Shown: positions 27,012 through 39,400, counted from the first letter of the stretch. The stretch is DNA of 45,000 nucleotides from Mustelus asterias (GCF_964213995.1 NW_027591173.1:62001-107000); one strand, 5' to 3'. The notes: generated by a model not told the origin, from the sequence alone. Numbers and translations: made by a program.

Positions 27012-27439
27012 TCAGCGAGTATTTACAACTCCACGAAGATGTTTTGATCACGTGTTCACGAAGGCGGCGATTCTATTTACCAGACAATTTGACCTTGTTC
27101 AAATCATCATAGAAGCACTTTGGTAAATCTCGAGACTAAACCCCATGCCGCGATTTATATAGTAAGCAGATACCAGGAGTATCGAGCTATCAGTTGAAGG
27201 ATGCGCTCAGAAGTGGAGGTAATATAGCAGAAAATTACCGGCTGTTCATCCAGAATTGTTAACTCAGATGAGCCCACGGACACAGACTTCTCGGCATTCG
27301 TTCCTATAACTAAATTCAGAATGGATCAAAGTCTGCTGAAGTTCATAACAAATGAAATGCACAATAACCGCCACATAGACTCACTTAGCAACACGACTAT
27401 TATTATAAATCCGGGACAGAGACTCACCTCGCAGCACGA

Positions 27440-28070
27440 AGATAGTCTATTCCCGCAGCTGACATTGGTGTATTGTGTGGTGGTGAACTGCCTTCTTGTG
27501 GTCCCTGATGTGCAGGTACACACACTGTGCTGTTAGTGAGGGAGTTCCAGTGATTTGGCACAGTGACCGTGAAGGAACAACGATATATTTCCATGTAGGG
27601 ATGTAGAATAACTTGGAAGGGAACCTCGAGGTTGTGGGTGTTCCCATGTGCCCGCTGCCCTTCTTCTCCTAGATGGCAGTGCTCGTGTGTTTGGATTGTG
27701 CTGCCCAAAAAAAAAACCTTGGTGAGTTGCTGCAGTGTACCCTGCAGATGGTGCACACGGCTGTCACTGTTCGTCTGTGATGGCAGGAATGAATGTTCAT
27801 GCAATGGGTAGCAATCAAGCGGGCTGATTTGTCCTGCATTCTGTCGAGCCTCTTGAGTGTGGTTGCAGCTACACTCATCCAAGCAAGTAGAGGGTATTCC
27901 ATCTCACTCCTGACTTGTACCTTGTAGATGGTGGACAGGCTTTGGGGAGTCAGGAGGTGAGTTACTCGCCGCAGGATTCCTAACCTTTGATCAGCTCTGG
28001 TAGCCACTTTATTTATATTCCTGGGTCCAGTTCAGTTTTCTGTCAACTCCCAGGATGTTGATGGGGTGGG
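27440..28070 (-). mobile_element. CR1/L2-group LINE 3' fragment
   Basis: ORF 27669-28007 reads RLGILRRVTHLLTPQSLSTIYKVQVRSEMEY...AW, a post-RT domain. Related pieces lie at about 28620-28740 and 43070-43370. Confidence 0.75.
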
Positions 28071-28739
28071 GGTTTAATGTCTATTAAGTCCCATCTTATG
28101 TGTACCTATATACAAATGGGTTCACATAAGATGGTTGCCTGGCACGCAAACAGTCACCCGGGAAAGAGACATTAAAGTCAAATCGGTTCTATAGTGTCGT
28201 CCCTCTATTCTGGGGTTGTGTGCCGTGTAAACCCTTTCAGTATTCCTGATGGCAGGTGATGGGAACGGAACAGATGCCCGGTCAACAATACTGCAGAGGT
28301 CAATGGCAATCCGCTGGAATAATTTGAAATAAACAGTCACAGAATGATAAGGGCATTCATGGTCACCAATGCCCCCTTAGGGCATGGTAACTGGAAGAGC
28401 AGGAGGTGGATGGCACAAGAGGCCTGGAGAGTGGACTCTATAAATCATTGCATTCCAATGTCTCTGGGCAGACTGGGCAACAATGTTTGCACAACGTTTC
28501 TCATCAATAAACAAATCTGCTTAAAAATAACGGCGTCCACAGTTCCTTATTTGTTAACCAACAAAACCACAATCCTACACTAGAAGTTGATGCATGTACT
28601 TTACATTGTGATTATATTAATCCGTCAAGCCTGCTTCGACAGCACCTTGCGAACCCGGAATCTCTTCCATCTAGAAGGATAAGAGGAACAGCTGCATGAG
28701 AACACCCCTTCAAGCCGCACACCATCCTCATTTTGAACC

Positions 28740-29078
28740 ATATCATAGAATCATAGAAACGCTACAGTGCAGAAAGAGGCCAGTTGGCCCATCGAGTCTG
28801 CACCGACCACAATCGCACCAAAGCCCAACCCCATTTCCCTGCTAATTTTACCCGCTAATCCCTCTAACCTACGTATCTCAGGACACTAAGGGGCAATTTT
28901 TAGCATGGCCAATCAACCTAACCCGCACATCTTTGGACTGTGGGAGGAAACCGGAGCACCCGGAGGAAACCCACGCAGACACGAGGAGAATGTGCAAACT
29001 CCACACAGACAGTGACCCGAGCTGGGAATCGAACCCAGGTCCCTGGAGCTGTGAAGCAGCAGTGCTAACCACTGTGCT
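28740..29078 (-). mobile_element. HE1-like tRNA-derived SINE, near full length
   Basis: On the minus strand: head cacagtggttagcactgctgcttcacagctccagggacctgggttcgattccc, V-SINE-like core, and CR1-type tail TTTCTATGATTCTATG. Confidence 0.85.
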
Positions 29079-29412
29079 CTACGTAACGCGGCTCCCTTGC
29101 GTCAAAATCCTGGAATTGGTTTTCGGTTTAAGATTACGGGCAGAGGACAACAAATCAGAAAAGTATGAAAGGAGAATTGAAGGAAAGTGAGACATTACGA
29201 GTGCGAAATACAAAGTCAAAAGCTGTGAGAAAGACAGAAAGGAAGAGATTCAGAAATGACCCTGAATGCATTGTGCTTTCAAATTACTCATATTTCACTC
29301 ACGTCTATTTATATAGTTGCATTGTTTGAAAACACGTCTCTCAGTAAAAGCCCGCTGGAGACGGCCCATCGTCAACCTTGCACTTGCGGACAGCGTCACG
29401 TAACCTGAGTCA

Positions 29413-29426
29413 CCGCCAGAGGGCGC
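29413..29426 (+). promoter_or_regulatory. CTCF-like motif with adjacent AP-1 (TGAGTCA) and CRE-like sites
   Basis: CCGCCAGAGGGCGC matches CCASYAGRKGGCRS at 13/14. TGAGTCA at 29406-29412 and CGTCACGT just upstream. Confidence 0.6.
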
Positions 29427-29559
29427 AGTCGTCACATATTTCTCCCAACTTGAAATGATGGCGACAAAACCTCTGGCACCATTCGCATATCGCTGCTATT
29501 GGCAGTAACCACGCAGTCCAATTTTTCTGCTCTCACCTCATGTATCCTGTATTAGTAAA

Positions 29560-29835
29560 TAGGCGACACGGTGGCACAATGGCTGGCATTCCTGCCTCAT
29601 AGCAAAGGGGGCCCAGGTTCAATTCCGGCCTTGGGTAACTGTCTGTGTGGGGTTTTTACCTTCTCCCCGTCTCTGCGTGCGTTTCCTCCCACAGTCCAAA
29701 AATGTGCAGGTTAGGTGGAATAGTCATGTCCCTTAGTGTTAGGGGGATTAGGAGATTAACACGTGGGGTTACGGGGATAGGGCCTTGGTGTGACTGTTGT
29801 CGGTGCAAGCTTAATGGGCTGAATGGCCTCCTTCG
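29560..29835 (+). mobile_element. HE1-like SINE (diverged)
   Basis: ggcgacacggtggcacaatggctggcattcctgcctcatagc...ttcctcccacagtccaaa...cactgtagggattctatga. Confidence 0.75.
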
Positions 29836-31427
29836 GCACTGTAGGGATTCTATGAAGAGATTTCTGTTGATTTACTTGTTTGGCACTGGTTGTATCAGAA
29901 ATGCGGGTGGATCTATGAGCGTTGTGGGGGCGTGAATCTGTGTTTCCACTCCAGGAGAATATTTCCTGAGCTGCAACGTTCCTGATTCGGGAGAAGGACC
30001 TCTGCTCGTCAATATATCACTTTTTCACTTAGCGTTTCCTTCCCAATTAAAAGTAAAGAATATGCTGTTCTCCTGACTGCTGTAATTTAGGTATTACTAT
30101 TAATCAAATGATGACTACTCTTTTTAAAGAAAAATATTGATTGGGTGTCGGTCACAAGTCCAAGATTTTGTCGATCACTAATTGTCCTCGAAACGGGCTG
30201 GGCTATTTGAGAGTTAGTTATGTGACTACAGTTGTTCTGTAGTCACACACAGACCAGGCTAGGCTAGGAAGGCAGATTTCCTTCCACAAAGTGCATTAGT
30301 GAACCAGGTGGATTTGCAGTGATCGCGTTCGGAACAATCATTGCGAGTAGCTTTCAATATCAATTAATCACATTTAAATTTAACCAGCTGCTGGGGTAGA
30401 ATTTTGACTACTTTTCTCGTAAATCGAATTTAAATGTAACCAGTTGATATGATGGGATTGAACTACTTTTCCCAAAGCATCATTCTGGGTTCGTGAATTG
30501 CTTTTCCAGTGACCCCATGTTGACAATGATTAAAAAGAAAAAGCGGAAGTTCTTGAAGTTGACACTTCCCAGTATATTATATGAGATGGGGCCACAACTA
30601 CCAAGTGCAACTTGTTGTCCCTGAATGGACCTTTGAAGAAAAGGCAATGTCATAATTAGCTGCACTATAACAATTTGATATCCTAACCCTGCTGATTTCA
30701 GGCATGGTCAAGTTTCAGTACAACATCCACAGTACACTTTTTACATTATCTCAGGAACAATAAACAGGCAACTAGAGCTCACTGATCGACTTCCCTGTTC
30801 CTTTAGTAAAACAACGAAGATTGCAAAGTATCTCACAGCCCATCCGCTGATATCTGAACATTCGAACACAAAAATTAGGCTGCCTGCAATCTGCTCTACC
30901 ATTCAGTCAGATTACAGTTCATCTGATCTTCCGTTTAAATCCACTTTGCTGCCTTGATCTTCTTGAACCGTGGCATAAATTTTAGTTAAAATGTTGGTTT
31001 CACTCAGCTTTAAAATTATTCTGTGACCCTCAGCCTCCACCGTTCTCTGGACTCTCACTGGAGTCTCAGGCACTAATGCTCGGATGCGAAAGCTAAGAAA
31101 ATGTGCACAGAACATTGATTGGAAATCCACCAAATCAATCAACACTCCTTGCTCCTCCGTTCCAATAACAAAATGAAGTTTTTTTTTCCTGACATCCCGT
31201 TTCCAAAGCGGAACAATTCGCCCAACAGGGACACCGAATGGAGGACAAGTTGGAGAACTTCCATTCACTAACAGTCATCTGAGCAATTATCAATCTCACG
31301 GAGCCACTGGCGAGACACGGAACTGACGCGTGAGCATTCTGAGACACGTCATCAGATTATTAAGGGTGGGGATTAGAATGGATGTCTTCAAATATCCGAT
31401 TCCTCCTTTACAGAGCGGACAGAGACA

Positions 31428-31886
31428 ATGCGGGTACTCGGCATCTGGATTGTGTGGGGGGCATTTGTAACAGGTATATCTGGACATCACGTTTGTTTTC
31501 TCATTTCCAAAACTTGGGTTGAATCTTACTGTTGAGTACACGTCACTCTATTCTTTATCTATCTGAACATATTTTCCAGATCTGACCCATGGCGATTCTG
31601 TCACTCAGTCGCTGTCCTCAGATGTTAAGACAGAAGGAGACGCGGTGACATTAAACTATAACTATGATACTGCAGAAACCAGCTATAGTTTATACTGGTA
31701 CCGACAGCATCCAGACTCCCAGCCCGAGTACATACTGGAGAAGTACTCGGGGGGTACTGAATATAAAGCAGATTTTGCTCAAATCCGTTTCTCGACTGAC
31801 CTCCAAACCCCGAAGAAATCCGTCAGTTTGACTATCTCGGATCTGCAGTTGTCTGACGCGGCCGTGTATTACTGCGCTTTCAGACT
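31428..31886 (+). CDS. TCR alpha/delta-type V gene segment, open frame but Cys23 replaced by Tyr (leader exon 31428-31473, V exon 31580-31886)
   Basis: Leader MRVLGIWIVWGAFVT + G/GT and acceptor ttttccag. V region DLTHG-DSVTQSLSS...VTLNYNY...WYRQHP...LSDAAVYYCAFR. TAT at 31657-59 where TGT is expected. Confidence 0.9.
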
Positions 31887-31925
31887 CACAGTGATGGAAA
31901 GCAGCCTGACTCCTGTACAAAAACT
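31887..31925 (+). promoter_or_regulatory. 23-RSS
   Basis: CACAGTG (31887-93) + 23 bp + ACAAAAACT (31917-25). Confidence 0.95.
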
Positions 31926-33039
31926 GTCTCAGCAAGATAAGTCAGAGCTCCTCGCTGCTGTATAGAACCTCTGGCAGATGCAGCCACAATGAGCAGCGGC
32001 GCTGTCAGCCGCTCAAACACAAACCGACAGGAAACCATATTCACCTCGGATCAACTGTCACCCAACTGTTTCCAGGAGAGGCCGAGAAAACAAACTGCAG
32101 AACCGTTTTAGGCCGACAAGTCCATCACATAATGAATGTGTCAATTAAATCGTCCCTTCTCCTGCTAATCAACTCTGTTTTCCTCTAAAATCAGACATGG
32201 GTGATAAAATCCCAAACATCCGTCAAACCTGGCCGTGAAGCGCCACACACACAGCAGACGTATAGTTCTCCATGTTTGTGTGACGTCCTCTGATCCCGAA
32301 GTCCCTATTTGTCCTTTTCCTTCTTTTTCCATGCCTGCTCACCATATTGACCACCACTCGCTCCATCTCCCTTTTCAGTTTCTGGGCCTTTGAGGGTGAG
32401 CTGTTCATAGCGTTTATTTGATCACTATTGCTACATTCCAGACAGCTTGCACACCCTGAACACATTTCATAATGTTGTGACTTTGATTTCTCAAACAAAT
32501 CCGAGCAGCCAATTTCCACATTTCCCTGACTGTCTCCACCTGATACCAGGGTAGCATTAAACTTCTTATCATATCCGCATTGTTCATCTGTTTCTCGCTG
32601 CTCCTTGATTCTGTTAATCAGATGAATATTTGAATACTGTTTGGGAAACATTGTGAAATTCAATTGAATGATCAAAGTCAATGAGTTCTGAAATCTGTTC
32701 ATTTTTCATAAACTGTTTCTGACCCAACAACACAGTCTGATCAAAAAAAAACCTGAGAACTGGTCTCGGGCCAAAGGCTCCAGAAATCTAAAAAGGGAGA
32801 TGAGGAAGACTTGTTTAATGTTACAGAGAGACATGGAAACAGCTTCAAAACACTAAGTGAACGAAATAGTTCAAATAGATTTATAAAGGCGAGTTTAATT
32901 ATGAACGCGAGTTAAAACCAACTAATACAATTCCGCAAGTGTCCCTCACCTCTTCTTGTGGGGGGTTATATTTTGTTCTTTTCGGAAGATTCCTGTGACT
33001 CTCACTGAGTTTAATTCTTGTCCCTAATTATCGGTGTGA

Positions 33040-33058
33040 CAGCGCCATCCTCTGGCCA
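33040..33058 (-). promoter_or_regulatory. CTCF-like motif just downstream of the inverted pseudo-V RSS
   Basis: Minus strand reads TGGCCAGAGGATGGCGCTG, a 12/14 match to the core, about 25 bp beyond the degenerate nonamer. Confidence 0.45.
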
Positions 33059-33081
33059 CCAACTGGAACCCCCATTCTGGG

Positions 33082-33456
33082 GAGTTTCGTACTGGATCCG
33101 CTCTATGTATCTATGTGTGGCACGGAAATACACGGCAGTATCCGACAGAAGATATAAAGGAACTGTTTTGTTTCCCTTCAGCAAATCTGCAGAGAACCTC
33201 GGTTTGGGGACCTTTCTTCACCCCCTAAGCTATATTTCTTCAGCAAATATCTCGGGGCTTCCCCGGAAGACTGCATGTACCAGAGTAGAGTTGGGGTAGT
33301 GTGGATTATCAAGTAACGGCAGTCCAGTCCACACTGTCCTTCCCGAATTGTTAGTTCGAAATGAACCTGGAACACTGAAGTTTTGCCACTCATTCATGTC
33401 ACACAAATACAGATTAGCTCAAAAGTCAGGGTTTAAAAATAACCACTGGATGACAT
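33082..33456 (-). pseudogene. Inverted TCR V pseudogene with a contiguous (intronless) decayed leader
   Basis: MSSSGYF*TLTFELICICVT*MSGKTSVFQ...LDCRY...LLWYMQSSGEAPRYLL, then a frameshift to RFSADLLKGNKTVPLYLLSDTAVYFRA. Cys104 is Arg. Degenerate RSS CACACAT-22-ACGAAACTC. Confidence 0.82.
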
Positions 33457-34139
33457 GGTTACCATTTAATAATGGACCCGCCGGGTAGCAAGATCATTAT
33501 CATCAGTAAGGAGCATGGAGAACAGATGGTTTCCCTGTATACATCTCGATATGAAGTAACAAAATGCTCTAATTCTGCCGGTGATTCCAATCCAGTGTAA
33601 AGGGTAGCCCCTGTTATAATCTGGTTTTATTTTTTGAGGAACTGAGGGGCATTGATACCTGACAATCAATGTGCCCTTTCTATTTGTCACATTTAATGAA
33701 TCCGTCATTAGTAGAGACCATGAGACTGGCGGTGTAAATAAGAAGCAGATAGCTAAAGTTGGCGACATACATTTAAGGTCACGTGTGTTCTCTGCTCTTG
33801 GATTGTTTGGAAATGGATAATGTTCACCAGATTTAAGCAGTGATCCTCCCTTGTTGATCAGCCCCACAACTCGCCATCAGCAATTACTGAAACGATTCAT
33901 TCCGCTGCTGTCTGCACCCGGGCAAAGACGGTGAAGGCAAAAGTAGTGGAGCAGACCGTGGCTGCATTTCGCGTTTTATCGACAGTCATCCAATGGAGCA
34001 GCACCACCTTATCCTCACTGCTCACTTCCGCACAGGGAAGTGTGTAATCCACCAAGGGAATCCTGCAAATCCATAACATTTGCAGATCGTGCGATGGGCC
34101 ATTCACCCCATCGTGCGTGCTTGGCTGTCATTAATTGGT

Positions 34140-34455
34140 ACAGTGGTGTCACAGTGGTTAGCACTGCTGCCTCATAATTCCAGGAATCCGGGTTCAGTTC
34201 CAGGCTACGTGGAGTTTGCAGATGCTCCCAGTGTCTGTGTGGGGTGCCCCTTTTCCTCCGGCAGTTCAATGATGTGCAGGTTAGATGCATTTAGCGTGCC
34301 AACTTGTCAAATATTTGTGGGTTAGAATAAATCGCCACGATAAATCTGTGGGGTTACGGTGATGGAGCAGGAGAGGACCAGGAAAATATACTCTGCCGGA
34401 GAGTCACTGCAGACTCGAAGAGCCTGATGGCCTCCTTTTGCACTGTATGGATTCG
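34140..34455 (+). mobile_element. HE1-like SINE (diverged)
   Basis: cagtggtgtcacagtggttagcactgctgcctcata...gggttcagttcc...ggagtttgc...gcactgtatggattc. Confidence 0.7.
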
Positions 34456-35548
34456 AAGACAATTATTGATCTTTTCATCAACTGCATTCCCTAAACTCCA
34501 TATTCCTTATGCAAACGTAATTGGCGCAGCGCTGGTAAGCTTACTTACAGCAATGTAGCTCAAACATACATGAGAGTTGCTTTATTGAATTTTCAGTCAT
34601 CTACCTGAATCACTCAAACATTCTGGTTCACTGCGTACCATTCAGGATATCTGTCACTGAATCAAGCGGTTAGCTGTTTTCCGTCAAACACTTACTCATC
34701 TCGAACCTCTTAATGAGGAAGTATGATCTGTATTGCTGAACGTTCCCCTTCAGTTATTTCCCTGATCTGATCTGCTTTCTTCCCGACTACAAGATACAAT
34801 AGCAAAGCTTCCCTTGTTGGTGTTTTTTCCAACATTTCGGATTGTATAAGCATCTAAAACCAATCGTAGGAGCTATTCGGTTACCTCCTTTACCGACTTC
34901 TTGCATAGAATTAATACGAGACAATATAAATCTCCATTACTATTGTTGCATAATTTGTCTGCATATTTCTTCCACTATCTTCCTTCCCGGTGCAGAGACA
35001 TGGTGAGGGACACAATAAGTTCAGAGATAGGGTTGTCGAGGTGAAGAGCTATAGAGTGACACGAAGATGTACAGATTCCGAAAGATACTGAGAAAGAAAC
35101 TCCTGATATTGAGTTTGATGTAACGGTTAAAATGCACTCAGTGCAAACGTTTGCATCCCATCTTCTGATTCTGATTCGCACGCTGTCTCTCAAAGGCAAT
35201 AAAGAAAGACTTCCATTTATATACCGCCGTTCATGACATCAGGACTTCACAAAGAGCTTTACACCCAAAGAAGTCTTCGAATTTTCATCACTGTCTTAAT
35301 ATAGGAGACGTGGCAGTTAATAGGCTCGCTTCAAACTCCACAAAGAACAAGGTGATAATCAGGTCATCGATTTTAGTGATATAGATTGGAGGGCTGATGG
35401 AAAGTGACATCTGTCAGAAAACCTGTCATTCTGTCATCTAAGTTGCCATTTCCGCTCTTCGGTCGCACAGAAAAACATTCAAGTTCTCATTTCAGGTTTT
35501 GGCTCATTTAGTTCCACTGTTGAGGTGGAGGGTGGGTGATGCAGGCTT

Positions 35549-35554
35549 TATAAA
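35549..35554 (+). promoter_or_regulatory. TATA-like box upstream of the single-exon V
   Basis: TATAAA lies 55 bp before the ATG at 35609. Confidence 0.4.
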
Positions 35555-35608
35555 CCTATTACTAAGGGTCCGAAGCTGTGTTGCTGCTGTGTTCTGTATT
35601 CTGATATT

Positions 35609-35961
35609 ATGCATCATTTTCTCTTTTTGACATCGATATTCATTCTTCTCATTCAGGCCAGTGAGGAAATGGAGGCAGTGTTTCAGGATCCACCGAGCAT
35701 CAGAGTGAGTTACGGAGACAGTGTGAAGCTAAACTGCAATTATTCGACATCACATACTTCTACTGCTTTCTTCTGGTATATTCAGCACCCAGAGAAACAC
35801 CCTCAATATCTATTGGAAAAAAGGAGTACTGGAAAAAATGTGACTGCCTTTGGGAAGCGGCTGCTTTATGCTACCTTAGATAACACAGCAAGAACTGTTC
35901 CTTTAAGCATTCACTATGCGCAGTTCTCTGACTGTGCGGTGTGTTACCGTGTACTGGGACA
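35609..35961 (+). pseudogene. TCR alpha-type V segment with leader and V in one exon; open frame but YYC replaced by CYR (Cys104 lost)
   Basis: MHHFLFLTSIFILLIQASEE-MEAVFQDP...VKLNCNY...WYIQHPEKHPQYLL...RTVPLSI...SDCAVCYRVLG, followed by an intact RSS. Confidence 0.85.
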
Positions 35962-36000
35962 CACAGCGTTACCAGGTCAGTAGAGACCCGTACAAAAAAT
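35962..36000 (+). promoter_or_regulatory. 23-RSS
   Basis: CACAGCG (35962-68) + 23 bp + ACAAAAAAT (35992-36000). Confidence 0.9.
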
Positions 36001-36403
36001 GCTCCTTCTTTCTAGTATGACGTTTTGACTCCACACAAGTTGTGATATTTTGCAACTGCCGCAGCAATGTGATGTACATTCTATTAACTACATTCAACAG
36101 TTAAATTTGTCTGTATCTGGTTCACTATCTCGTCGGTTTGGCTTTCTCCACCTGCACAGACTCTTTTCGCAAATCTCTTTATGTGGTTCCCGCATGCCTG
36201 GCTGCGAGGTTTGTCACTCTCTCTCTCTCGCTCGCTCGCTCGCTCCCTCATTCTCAGTTTTCTTTTCTCACATTCCCGTTTATATCACCTCCATCAGACG
36301 CATTGCACTCGGTCTCATCTCCCGTTGATATGCAATGGTATTAATTATCTCCGAGTATTATCATCCTCTGGGTTGGCATTTGACAGAAGCTGAGCTGAAT
36401 TAT

Positions 36404-36412
36404 TGTGTGTGT

Positions 36413-36444
<32 letters not shown>

Positions 36445-36480
36445 CTGTCTGTCTGTCTATGTGTTGTGCGTGTGTGTGTC
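36404..36480. repeat. (TG)n/(TCTG)n microsatellite
   Basis: Seen directly in the sequence. Confidence 0.9.
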
Positions 36481-39400
36481 CCTCTTTCTCTTTCTATTCT
36501 TTCTGTCTATCGTTTTCTATAGTTCTGCCTCTCTATTTTCACTGTTGTTCTCTCAGCTGGACTTATGTCGTGCTCAACGGTTTGCAACTGTAACAAAATT
36601 AATTTTCTCTTAACCACACCCACTGATCCAATACATTAGTGCCTAACGGTATTAGATTGCAGTTTACTGGATCAATATTTCTCCTCAATTCGGTGACACG
36701 ATTTCTCAACCAGTTTTTATTTTATATTGTCCCACAACCGTTCTATTGGTAACATCAATTTCTGACACTATGATCAGTGTTGCTGAGATTTTCTACTTCA
36801 TCCACCTCCTTCCACATGGAATACAATCACAGAATCATTGCAGCACATCCAAGCTTTCGGCCCTTCCATTCCAGGCTAGCTCCTTGCAATAACAATTTAC
36901 CTATATTCACTAGCCTACAGTTCCTAATAACTGTGGAATTTCATTTCATTCAGCTGTTAATGCTATTGCTCTTTGAAAACCATGTGCTCATCGGTCTTTG
37001 CCACCAATTAATTTAACTGTAGACTTAAATCTACCATCCTGCCTGCGCCCCGTATCCTTTGACTCCGTTGTAGATCAGAAACATGTCCAATTCAGCATTC
37101 GATCTTTGGAAGGCCACAAAAAAACATCTGAGAGAAGAAATTCCTCCTAATCTCTGCTAAGTTGGAGGCCTCTTATTTTGAAATTGTTCCACGAGTTCCC
37201 CTTTCTCCAATCTCCACATCTATGTTGTCAAACACGCTGAGAAAAAGTTATGTTTCCAAATGATCGTCTCTCATTGATCGATATTCAAGTGTATGCCGGC
37301 ACTTCTAACTAAACATATTGCCATAATTCAAACATTTGTTCCCTGGAAATAACGTAATGAATCTTCCCCGAACAGCTTCCATACACGTATAACCCTTCTT
37401 AAATCAGGACACGAACATTGTGTTGAGCTATGATTTCACCAACACTCTGTATAGTCAGAACATTTTGTTTGCCTTCCTAAATATGTACCGTATCTGCGAT
37501 GCTAACGTGTTGTGATTTATGTACGTATGTACCTCGGTAACGTGCAGTCTGTAGTCCCTCCAAAATAGTCTTATTTTCTATTCAAACCAGTAATCTGAAC
37601 AATTTCATTTTTGCCCCATTTGCCTCAGGGACAAATGTCAAAGTAACCTAATTTTTGGTGATAAACAATAGTTGCTGCCCCAAAGTTCAGTGCTAGCATC
37701 ACTGTTCTGCACTATATATGTTCCGTGTTCTTGTCATATTGATTGAAATTTCTAAATATTTCGAATTGTGTCACAGATTGAGAATTGTATCTTTCAGCTG
37801 CAAACGGACCGGTGCAGGCTAGCAGAATTGGTAAATGAGTGAAAGCTGGAATTTAAGGTGATACATCTTGACAAAAAGCGTTAACGAGGGCTGATATATG
37901 TCAATGCATGGAAGGGGTTCTAATGAAGGAGGTTGCTTTGCCCTAGATCATGCCACGTGCCTTCTTTGTTATTCCAAATGTCGTCCTCAGTTGACTGTGT
38001 GAATTCGTTTTCTGCTTTGCCCATTATCCAGGAGCGCAACTTCCTCTGCACACTCATTTTGTTTTACTTATATGCCTTTGTTCCATTTCCTAAAGGATAA
38101 ACCCTTCAGATTGGCACAAGGGGTTTCAACACGAGGAGCCAGGAAACAAACCAGAACGCAAGGACGACTTGTTAAGAACTGGGAAAAATTTAGATTCGGA
38201 ATAAACTTATTAAAACAAAAGAAAATTGGGTAATATAAATTTTAAAAAGGAAATTTATGAGGACAGCTGAAAGAAGGGGGTACTGATAAGTGAATTAACA
38301 TGCCAGTCCGAAAAGCAAGGGTCCACATATATGATTGGGGTGATACAATCAGGTGTGGAAGAGGTAACTTCAATGTGATCGTTCAGGGAATTGGAACTTA
38401 TATGCTCTAGATGCTCATACAGTTGGATAATATTGGTTGCTGTTTGGCAATAAGGGGCATGTCAGATTTCAGGAAAAGTTGGTTGTTGGGAAAAAAGGGG
38501 TTACTTCATGTTAACGTCCGTATTTATAGCCATTAGTGTAGTTACGTGCACTGTATTTGTGTTTTATCGTCATGCTTGTCATGCGCTTTTCTTTTTATGT
38601 TAATACATGTTCTTTATTAAATGATCGCAACAAGATTTGACTGTTCCTCCCGGGTTTGCATACCGTACTAAATGGACACCAAATTGAAATATAAACCATT
38701 AAGCACCAGTGTACCAAGTTACACCTCTAGGTTCTGGGATACCCTCGTATTTAACATTAGCAGGGTACATAACAGATGTGTATTAGAGGCAGACAATGTG
38801 TGAGAATTGCGAAGATGACGAAGCCACTTGGTTGAAAACTTGAAGATCCTGAGGGCTGTGACCGGCTGCTTTTCTTCCTGATGGCCTTAATGTGTGGAAT
38901 GTTTTCTCAAAGAAAGAGTACCTGCATTTAAACTAGTTCAATGATTCATGCAAGGACAAATCATCAAACAATGTTTCTCACTGATTTATTTTAGCACTTC
39001 ACTTCTGACCTACGAGGTCACTTGATACTATCCTTTTTGTATCCGGAGGCAGGAACTGCGAGAGGGACGGGGTGAAAATTGAATAGTATGGGTATATAGT
39101 GTCTGGATTCAGATCATGAGAAGTTCTCAGTGACATGTTTCAACTCCTGTTTGAAGTTGACAGCGTGAATACTCAGAAGCTATTTCTCCATCCAGATAGT
39201 GTGAAGGATAAGAGTTTCAGATTAACGAAGAACGACTGGGATGATGAGAAAAAGCTGCGCTCCAATTGTTGATAATTTTGGATTTCACTATGTGATCGCT
39301 GTGGTTTTTCAATCGTTGAACATGGTCAGGATTGATGTTGATGGATTTCGGGGCACTGAATGGCTTAAGGGATAAAGGTACAGAGCAGATTTATTGTTTC

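Noticed and set aside
28878-29190. ORFs and tRNA-like A/B boxes
   Set aside because: They are SINE-derived, with no complete tRNA cloverleaf.
32223-32702. 159-aa minus-strand ORF (also 33466-33867)
   Set aside because: No recognisable domain or convincing splice structure; it cannot be supported without a homology search.
25417-36000. NAR-TCR or IgH-like V segments
   Set aside because: The complete segments have their own leaders and conventional TCR V motifs, with no NAR-type V-D-J cassette or VH-type framework motifs.
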